Shown: in pieces, positions 57,892-64,000 of the stretch
Position numbering within the stretch: the first letter of the stretch is position 1
How the letters are laid out: each line of letters starts with the position of its first letter
Source: Candidatus Poribacteria bacterium
Lineage (GTDB): Bacteria > Poribacteria > WGA-4E > WGA-3G
Direction of reading: 5' to 3'
NCBI GenBank assembly: GCA_022828145.1
Contig: JAJEJA010000009.1
Location: forward strand, 31,254 to 95,253
DNA: 64,000 bases
Program-made: the position numbers and the translations under genes
The notes under the pieces: generated by a model
The model's input: only the letters and a program-made list of their open reading frames with translations
Told to the model about the DNA's origin: nothing
Databases searched by the model: none

Positions 57892-58644
57892 TTGCAATTG
57901 AGATCAAATTGTATTCTAAGATATCTAAAAACAGTAATTAAAGAAAAGGACGCAGGATACTTCATCTTGATTGATCCGGAAATGTGTGATGTAGAAAAGA
58001 CTGCAAAACTCGCCACTACCATAGAGAACGCAGGTGCAGATGCAATTCTACTTGGGGGTAGTCTATTGACCCAAGAATTAGATCCAATTGCCGCCTCTAT
58101 CAAGGCAGAAACCGAGTTGCCAATTATTCTATTCCCTGGCGATTCCATGCATCTCACACCGCATGCAGACGCACTCCTGTTTATGAGTCTCATCAGTGGA
58201 CGAAACCCAAACTATCTTATCGGGGAACAGGTAAAAGCAGCACCATGGATCCAGAAATATGGATTAGAACCCATACCAACGGGGTACATGTTGATTGATG
58301 GTGGGAGCAGAACCTCAGTAGAATTCATGAGTGGCACCGTTCCTATTCCGAGAGACAAACCTGACATCGCTGCACCCCATGCCCTGGCAGCAGAATACCT
58401 CGGTATGCAGATGGTCTATCTGGAAGCAGGAAGTGGGGCAACACTCCCTGTGCCAAACGCGATGATTTCTGCTGTGAAAGAACAGATCACAACACCATTG
58501 ATTGTGGGGGGAGGCATAAGATCGCCTGAAACAGCAGCTGAAAAAGTAAGAGCAGGAGCAGATTTCATAGTCACGGGTAACATACTTGAAGAAACAGGTT
58601 CTATTGACCTTATCAAACAGTTTGCCATCGCAATTCATGGTTAA
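57892..58644 (+). CDS. Geranylgeranylglyceryl/heptaprenylglyceryl phosphate synthase family (GGGPS/PcrB)
   Basis: 250 aa; ILIDPE..., ...YLEAGSGA..., ...IVGGGIRSPETAAEKVRAGADFIVTGN... match PcrB/GGGPS (compare B. subtilis PcrB FKLDP, YLEYSG, FYGGGIKD). Confidence 0.75.
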   Translation: MQLRSNCILRYLKTVIKEKDAGYFILIDPEMCDVEKTAKLATTIENAGADAILLGGSLLTQELDPIAASIKAETELPIILFPGDSMHLTPHADALLFMSLISGRNPNYLIGEQVKAAPWIQKYGLEPIPTGYMLIDGGSRTSVEFMSGTVPIPRDKPDIAAPHALAAEYLGMQMVYLEAGSGATLPVPNAMISAVKEQITTPLIVGGGIRSPETAAEKVRAGADFIVTGNILEETGSIDLIKQFAIAIHG

Positions 58645-58712
58645 CTATTGCAAATGACTTACCCTAAGAATATAATTTGAAAACAATCATTTAGAACGTG
58701 AGGAATTACATT

Positions 58713-59441
58713 ATGTCAGAAAACAGAGAGGTAGTTATTGAAATTGGAACTGAAAACGATAAATCTGATTCTGAGACTTTTGCAACACCAGATGATTCTG
58801 ACAATACTACCGAGATAGAAAATAAGAATGACGAACCTACTGTAGAAACATTGCTTGCAGAAATTGAAGAACTCAAAGAATCTTTCAAAAAACAGATTGA
58901 GGAAGTTGCAGAATCAGAGAGAGCACAATATGAAACTGAACGGGAACGCTTGTTGCGCACCGCTGCAGAAGCTGAAAATACAAAAAGACGTGTTGAAAAC
59001 GATGCTAAGAAGCAGCTAAAATTTGCAAATAAGAATATCATAGAAGGAATTATTCCTGTATTGGATAGCCTTGAAGCAGCAATTAATAGCACTGATGAAA
59101 AGGTTGAAACTGAAGAACATAATCCAGATATGTCTAACTTCAGTGAGGGCGTAGAATTAGTACATAAGCAACTATTAGATGTTCTAAGATCACATGGACT
59201 TACGCCAATAGACTCTGCAAGTGGTTCATTTGATCCAAACCAGCATGAAGCTGTCTTTGCAACAGAATCAGATGAAGTACCAGAGGGGAATATAATTGAG
59301 GAATTCAGACGAGGATATCTGCTGCATGAACAAGTGATCCGTGCCGCACAAGTTGTCGTGTCAACGGGAAAGAAAAAGGAAGAACCCTCCGATGAAGTAA
59401 CCGAAGAAATCATAATCGAAATTTCAACTGAGGAAGAATAA
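58713..59441 (+). CDS. grpE: Nucleotide exchange factor GrpE
   Basis: 243 aa with an acidic N-terminus, coiled-coil and the C-terminal GrpE domain (...IDSASGSFDPNQHEAV...). Confidence 0.85.
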   Translation: MSENREVVIEIGTENDKSDSETFATPDDSDNTTEIENKNDEPTVETLLAEIEELKESFKKQIEEVAESERAQYETERERLLRTAAEAENTKRRVENDAKKQLKFANKNIIEGIIPVLDSLEAAINSTDEKVETEEHNPDMSNFSEGVELVHKQLLDVLRSHGLTPIDSASGSFDPNQHEAVFATESDEVPEGNIIEEFRRGYLLHEQVIRAAQVVVSTGKKKEEPSDEVTEEIIIEISTEEE

Positions 59442-59481
59442 ATGTAATACCAAATCTAATTGATTAATTAACATTATTGTC

Positions 59482-59575
59482 TTTTCGTAGGTCGGGTAGA
59501 GGAACGAAACCCGACATGGAAGTCTTTATCTAATCCTACGTGTCGGGTTTCGTTCCTCTACCCGACCTACGAAAA
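59482..59575. repeat. Perfect 35-bp inverted repeat (family C) with a 24-nt spacer, between grpE and dnaJ
   Basis: ttttcgtaggtcgggtagaggaacgaaacccgaca ...24 nt... tgtcgggtttcgttcctctacccgacctacgaaaa. Each arm also contains an internal gtcgggt/acccgac hairpin. Confidence 0.85.
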
Positions 59576-59624
59576 TAATACTATATAATCATTTAGAAAT
59601 GGTATAACTTAGGTAGGAAAACAC

Positions 59625-60734
59625 ATGGAACAAAAACGCGACTATTATGATGTTTTGAACGTCAGCAGAGATGCAGATGAGAACGAAATTAAAAAAGCAT
59701 ATAGAAAATTAGCAATAAAATATCATCCAGATAAAAATCAAGGTGATAAAGACGCCGAAGACAAATTCAAAGAAGCCGCCGAAGCTTATGACGTGTTGAG
59801 AACACCAGAAAAACGACAGCGATATGACCAATATGGACATGCTGGACTTGAAGGGACAACATCCGGATACGGGTATGGCGTAAACCTTGACGATATATTG
59901 AGTGAGGTGTTTGGAGACGTATTAGGGGGTTTTGGAAGAACAAGCAATAGACCCAAACCGGGACGGAGCATACCGTATAACCTTGAAATCACACTTGAGG
60001 AAGCATATTACGGTAAGGAGGAAACAATTGAAATACCCCGAATTGAATCTTGTCCTGATTGTAACGGCAGTGGCGCAGAAAGAGGATCAACTATTGATAC
60101 GTGTCCTCAGTGCTATGGACAGGGACAAGTAACACAATCACAAGGTTTCTTTACAATGTCCCGAACATGTCCACGATGCCATGGAGAAGGTAAAATTATC
60201 AAGAACCCATGCAGAAACTGTAACGGACAAGGTAGAATAAGAGTCAAAAAAGAACTCAAGATAAAAATAGATAAAGGTGTTGACAACGGTACTAAGTACA
60301 GCTTGCGTGGACAGGGTGAAGCAGGTACTTTAGGAGGACCCCCCGGAGACCTACTGGTTGTAATCCACATAAAGCCACACCAAACTTTCGTCAGAGAGGG
60401 AAACGATTTATATACTTATGCAAAAATTTCGTTCATCCAAGCAGCACTTGGAACTACTATTGAAGTTAAAAGTATTGATGGTGTGCAGGAATTAGATGTG
60501 CCAGCAGGAACACAATACGGAGACCAATTGCACATTAAAGGGAAGGGAATGCCAAGATACAGAAGTTCTTATTACGGCGACCTTGTTGTTCAGATAGAGA
60601 TAGAAACACCAAGAAAACTCACGGCACAACAGAGAACACTGTTAGAACATTTTGATGCCCCTGAGTATAAACCTGACGGATCTGAGAACAGTAGTTTCTG
60701 GGAAAAACTTTTTGGCAATCCAGATGATAAGTAG
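59625..60734 (+). CDS. dnaJ: Molecular chaperone DnaJ
   Basis: 369 aa with a J domain (HPD), G/F region, four CxxCxGxG zinc-finger repeats and the C-terminal domains. Confidence 0.9.
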   Translation: MEQKRDYYDVLNVSRDADENEIKKAYRKLAIKYHPDKNQGDKDAEDKFKEAAEAYDVLRTPEKRQRYDQYGHAGLEGTTSGYGYGVNLDDILSEVFGDVLGGFGRTSNRPKPGRSIPYNLEITLEEAYYGKEETIEIPRIESCPDCNGSGAERGSTIDTCPQCYGQGQVTQSQGFFTMSRTCPRCHGEGKIIKNPCRNCNGQGRIRVKKELKIKIDKGVDNGTKYSLRGQGEAGTLGGPPGDLLVVIHIKPHQTFVREGNDLYTYAKISFIQAALGTTIEVKSIDGVQELDVPAGTQYGDQLHIKGKGMPRYRSSYYGDLVVQIEIETPRKLTAQQRTLLEHFDAPEYKPDGSENSSFWEKLFGNPDDK

Positions 60735-60751
60735 TCAATTCTTACTGAAAA

Positions 60752-61636
60752 ATGAAATGGATACAGATTACAATAAAAACATCTCATGAAGCATCTGAAG
60801 CCGTGGCAAATCAATTATTTGAAATGCGGTCACTCGGTGTTGAGATAACTGAAGACAACAAAAATGGTACACTATTAACTGCATATTTCCCGCTGGATGA
60901 CAAAATCAATTCAAAAGTTAACACACTAAGAACCTTCCTGTCAAAACTACCGGCATGGGGAATCCAACCGAATCCAGCAAAAATTGAACTAAAAAGAATT
61001 GAGTCAGAAAAATGGACAGAAGCGTGGAAGGCAAATTTCACACCTCAAAAAGTAGGAGAAAAGATACACATCGTTCCAACATGGTATGAACAACCTATCA
61101 ATGAATCAGACATCGTAATAAGACTTGATCCTGGCATGGCGTTTGGCACAGGTTACCATCCAACAACACGATTATCTCTACAAATGTTGGAGAAAGCGAT
61201 CAGACCGAATCAGATTGTGGCAGATGTAGGAACTGGCTCTGGTATTTTAGCAATTGCTGCTATCAAACTGGGGGCGAAACATATTGACGCGATCGAACTT
61301 GACCCGACAGCAATACCAGTAGCAATGACCAATTTCGCTAATAACAGTGTCTCAAAAAAAATCACATTACATGAAGCAGATGGGCTCCGGACTGTTAAAC
61401 GAAAATACGATCTTATAGTCGCAAACATCCTAACAAAAGCGATCATACCATTGATTCCATACTGTCGTGATAGATTAAATTCTGATGGAAGCCTAATCTT
61501 ATCCGGTATTCTGGAATCAGAACAGGCCGACGTTCAAGAGACTTTAAAAGAAAACGGTTTAGAATGCGTTTCTGTTACACGGCAAGCAGAGGATAAACTA
61601 ATGTGGGTAGCAATGTTAGCGAGATTCCTTTGCTAA
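60752..61636 (+). CDS. prmA: Ribosomal protein L11 methyltransferase
   Basis: 294 aa with the PrmA N-terminal domain and the SAM-MTase motif VADVGTGSGILAIAA. The dnaJ-prmA adjacency is common. Confidence 0.8.
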   Translation: MKWIQITIKTSHEASEAVANQLFEMRSLGVEITEDNKNGTLLTAYFPLDDKINSKVNTLRTFLSKLPAWGIQPNPAKIELKRIESEKWTEAWKANFTPQKVGEKIHIVPTWYEQPINESDIVIRLDPGMAFGTGYHPTTRLSLQMLEKAIRPNQIVADVGTGSGILAIAAIKLGAKHIDAIELDPTAIPVAMTNFANNSVSKKITLHEADGLRTVKRKYDLIVANILTKAIIPLIPYCRDRLNSDGSLILSGILESEQADVQETLKENGLECVSVTRQAEDKLMWVAMLARFLC

Positions 61637-61873
61637 TCCATGACAAAGATTACATCTACCGAGATTGAGATGGGGCATGATAGGTGATTTCTCATCACCA
61701 TGTTTATGACAAGTCAGACACGCTGCATCTTCAGAAGATGCTCGATGTTCCTCAATATTGGATCTGGCAGGTGCTGCATTAAAAAAAAGAATTACCATTA
61801 CAATCGCGAATATTAAACCGATAACGCAGACAATATACATTACCACTTTCGGGTTAGCTTGATCGGTAGGCAT
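61616..61873 (-). CDS. Small membrane-anchored dihaem c-type cytochrome (two CxxCH motifs), NapC/NirT/NrfH-like N-terminal architecture
   Basis: 85 aa with an N-terminal TM helix, then CLTCH and CNLCH. It is convergent with prmA and overlaps its 3' end by 21 nt. Confidence 0.4.
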   Translation of the reverse strand: MPTDQANPKVVMYIVCVIGLIFAIVMVILFFNAAPARSNIEEHRASSEDAACLTCHKHGDEKSPIMPHLNLGRCNLCHGLAKESR

Positions 61874-61928
61874 GTGATATTTGAAATTCCTTACTATAGT
61901 TGTTTGTTAAATATGTGCCATTGACAGC

Positions 61929-62753
61929 CTATTCAAAGAATGGGAAAAGGATCGGTATGTTCTCGGCAGTGAGTCGGGAACCGTACTCACTGGTCTCAAA
62001 AACTTCAGCAAAGTTTGTATCAAGACCTACGCTGACACCGTATAGATTCGTCAACAGACTTCTATGGTCTTCGGCAATCACATTGAAGCGGTTACGCATG
62101 CGATCTGAAAGCCATTCGCGTCTGGCATCATCGCTCTCAGGCACTGAATCCAGTGTTCCGCTGTTGTATGGAAGCCATTCATAGAACTGAGAAGTATGAC
62201 AATGGAGCATATCAATTTTCTGTTCAATGACTGCATCAATGTTTATCGCTATATCTGGACAAAATGCATTCGGTTTCTTAAAACCATCACTAAGATACAT
62301 AATCACAGGATTCCGCTGCATGTGTGGTGTCAGGGCACATACATTTGGAACTGTAACCATATAGGCAGCATCTTGAACCAGAATTGACGTATAACGGTGG
62401 TCTGGATGATAATCATTCGGTCGGTGAGTCATGATTAGGTCAGGTACAAACTCACGAATCAGACGAATAATCTGAAAGCGATTCTCTAAAGTAGGAACAA
62501 GTTCTCCATCATGATTGTCAAGTAATTCATAATCGATACCGATAACAGCCGCTGCAGCTTGTGCTTCAGCATTTCGTCTTTGTGCTAAAGCACCACCACC
62601 CATCTGATGGTGTCCTGCATCGCCGTTGGTAACGGAAACGAATTTAACATGGTGTCCGTTCTGTTTATATAGAGCTGCAACACCGCCTGCTTTAATATCA
62701 CAATCGTCTGGATGTGCACCGATAACCATAACCCGTATCACTTCGCTGTTCAT
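61929..62753 (-). CDS. PIG-L/LmbE-family N-acetylglucosaminyl deacetylase
   Basis: 274 aa with the N-terminal VIGAHPDDCDIKAGG motif and downstream HPDH. Confidence 0.75.
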   Translation of the reverse strand: MNSEVIRVMVIGAHPDDCDIKAGGVAALYKQNGHHVKFVSVTNGDAGHHQMGGGALAQRRNAEAQAAAAVIGIDYELLDNHDGELVPTLENRFQIIRLIREFVPDLIMTHRPNDYHPDHRYTSILVQDAAYMVTVPNVCALTPHMQRNPVIMYLSDGFKKPNAFCPDIAINIDAVIEQKIDMLHCHTSQFYEWLPYNSGTLDSVPESDDARREWLSDRMRNRFNVIAEDHRSLLTNLYGVSVGLDTNFAEVFETSEYGSRLTAENIPILFPFFE

Positions 62754-62820
62754 ATATTAAACTCACATTAAAAGATGTTTGTGTAGAATTAAAATCATAC
62801 CGCTATCACAGGAAAAACTA

Positions 62821-63288
62821 ATGAATTCTTGGAAAGTTGAAGTTACATATAAATCAGAAATTACAGACTTTGTTGGCAAAGAGATTCTTGAAGATATTGC
62901 GGACCTTGGCATAGATGGTGTTGAAGCGGTCCGTACTGCATCAATATATTGGATTGAAGGAACACTTAACACCGAACACATACACAGAATTGGCAGCGAA
63001 CTCCTTGCTGATCCGATTACACAAGTGTTTAAGCTGACTGAAGAAAAAGAAGAAACAGCCGATTGGACAATAGAAGTCCAATACAAACCGGGTGTAACAG
63101 ATGCTGTTGGCGATAGTACTGTCAAGGGTATCAAAGATATCGGTATCTCCTCTGTCAACAATGTTCGGACAGGCAAAAAGTTCTGGTTAAGTGGAAACCT
63201 AAGTAATCAAATCATAGAAAATATTGCACAACGTCTTCTAATGAATGATGTAATCCAGACCTTTTCTTATGTAGAACCACATTTCTAA
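62821..63288 (+). CDS. purS: Tandem double-PurS-domain protein (FGAM synthase PurS-like x2)
   Basis: Two repeats, WKVEVTYKSEITDFVGKEILEDIADLGIDGVEAVRTASIYWIEG and WTIEVQYKPGVTDAVGDSTVKGIKDIGISSVNNVRTGKKFWLSG, each following the PurS pattern (V.V.LKPGVLDPQG.....L..LG...V.DVR.GK.F.L). Start chosen at the ATG with an AGGAAA SD. Confidence 0.6.
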   Translation: MNSWKVEVTYKSEITDFVGKEILEDIADLGIDGVEAVRTASIYWIEGTLNTEHIHRIGSELLADPITQVFKLTEEKEETADWTIEVQYKPGVTDAVGDSTVKGIKDIGISSVNNVRTGKKFWLSGNLSNQIIENIAQRLLMNDVIQTFSYVEPHF

Positions 63289-63309
63289 ATCCAGCGCGAT
63301 AAAAGCGTC

Positions 63310-64000
63310 CTAAAACAGAGGTAATCCTTGCGCTTCAGTATAGACCGAATATAGTGACTGACTACCTGTCATAAACAACCTGTTTCGTTTTGTTCCTCCG
63401 AAACATAAATTTGAACAGATTTCTGGTAAGTGAATTTTACCTATCAGTGTTCCATCTGGAGCGAATATATGTACACCGTCATATCCATCTCCCACCCAAC
63501 CGGCACTTGACCATAGATTGCCGTCTATATCACACCTGATACCATCTGCTATACCTGGGGACATATCACAAAATACCTGTTTGTTCTCTAAGTGTTCACC
63601 GTCTACAACATCAAAAACATATATATTTCTTGGACTTCCCTCTTTATGTATTGCACCCGTATCTACAACATACAGTTTTTCATAATCTGGTGAAAAGCAT
63701 ATTCCATTCGGTTTCTCAAGCTCCGTTGTAACAACAGTCGCTACTCTTGCTTCTGGATTCAGACGATATACTGCAGTGGGTAGTTCAAAATCTGCGACGT
63801 GTCCTTCGTAATTCAGCATAATACCGTATCCTGGATCGGTAAACCATATATGTCTATCTGCATGCACAGCAACATCATTTGGTGCATTGAGCCGTTTACC
63901 ATCATAGTGATCCATCAACACAGAAAGCGTTCCATCGTATTCAGTTCGAGTAACGCGTCGTGTGCCGTGTTCACAACTGATAAGTCTTCCTTGTCGGTCT
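63310..64000 (-). CDS. SMP-30/gluconolactonase/LRE-like beta-propeller protein. The N-terminus lies beyond the window end
   Basis: ...NAPNDVAVHADRHIWFTDPGYG... and a ...GNLWSSAGW... repeat pattern. The ORF is open to position 64000. Confidence 0.6.
   Translation of the reverse strand, partial: DRQGRLISCEHGTRRVTRTEYDGTLSVLMDHYDGKRLNAPNDVAVHADRHIWFTDPGYGIMLNYEGHVADFELPTAVYRLNPEARVATVVTTELEKPNGICFSPDYEKLYVVDTGAIHKEGSPRNIYVFDVVDGEHLENKQVFCDMSPGIADGIRCDIDGNLWSSAGWVGDGYDGVHIFAPDGTLIGKIHLPEICSNLCFGGTKRNRLFMTGSQSLYSVYTEAQGLPLF

Noticed and set aside
59442-59624. Missing dnaK between grpE and dnaJ as an assembly artefact
   Set aside because: Both flanking genes are intact with normal ends, and the spacer is fully occupied by a structured repeat. 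dnaK is more likely located elsewhere, but this cannot be verified from the window.
1-64000. tRNA, rRNA, tmRNA, RNase P or SRP RNA genes
   Set aside because: I scanned the intergenic regions for T-loop (GTTCGAAT-like), CCA-end contexts and the conserved RNase P/SRP motifs and found no convincing candidate. The absence is not certain without covariance-model searches.

Overview
This 64-kb window reads as a bacterial chromosomal segment with about 40% GC. The gene content is Gram-negative: bamA-skp-lpxD, lnt, lolE/lolD, TonB with TonB-dependent receptors, and Omp85. UGA is an ordinary stop here (for example leuA ends in TGA).

The window opens inside a partial IS200/IS605-family tnpB with its left-end hairpin. 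The rest is mostly housekeeping genes on both strands:
- Central carbon and general metabolism: GTP-PEPCK, acetyl-CoA synthetase, moeA.
- Amino-acid and purine biosynthesis: a DAHP synthase of the Thermotoga type, leuA, purF, purM, and a tandem-PurS protein.
- Translation and chaperones: tyrS, lysS, prfB (with its +1 programmed frameshift site intact), prmA, grpE and dnaJ.
- Transport: a MATE efflux pump and an NCS2 purine permease.

The items most worth a second look:
1. A two-domain rhodanese has an in-frame TGA exactly at the catalytic-cysteine position, followed by a SECIS-like hairpin. It is a selenocysteine candidate, or else a point nonsense mutation.
2. Archaeal-type ether-lipid genes (a UbiA-family DGGGP-synthase-like gene and a GGGPS/PcrB-family gene) sit immediately downstream of bamA-skp-lpxD, separated by a SPOUT methyltransferase.
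3. A roughly 600-bp non-coding island upstream of lnt-prfB-lysS is packed with repeats: a 59-bp tandem array x3 plus one inverted copy, three copies of a second hairpin repeat, and 40-bp inverted flanks that carry divergent sigma70 promoters.
4. A conserved 43-nt upstream module followed by a consensus promoter recurs in front of lnt, in front of GGGPS, and (inverted) in front of a small ORF.
5. At least four families of palindromic REP/MITE-like intergenic repeats occur; one is a perfect 35-bp inverted repeat sitting between grpE and dnaJ, where dnaK would normally be.
6. An 8-bp microsatellite x9 lies upstream of pckG.
7. An aromatic-rich small ORF plus intrinsic terminator precedes DAHP synthase.
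8. A TonB plus three tandem TonB-dependent receptors plus DUF5916 locus.
9. A FliG-C-like protein translationally coupled to purM.

I recognised no rRNA, tRNA or CRISPR array.
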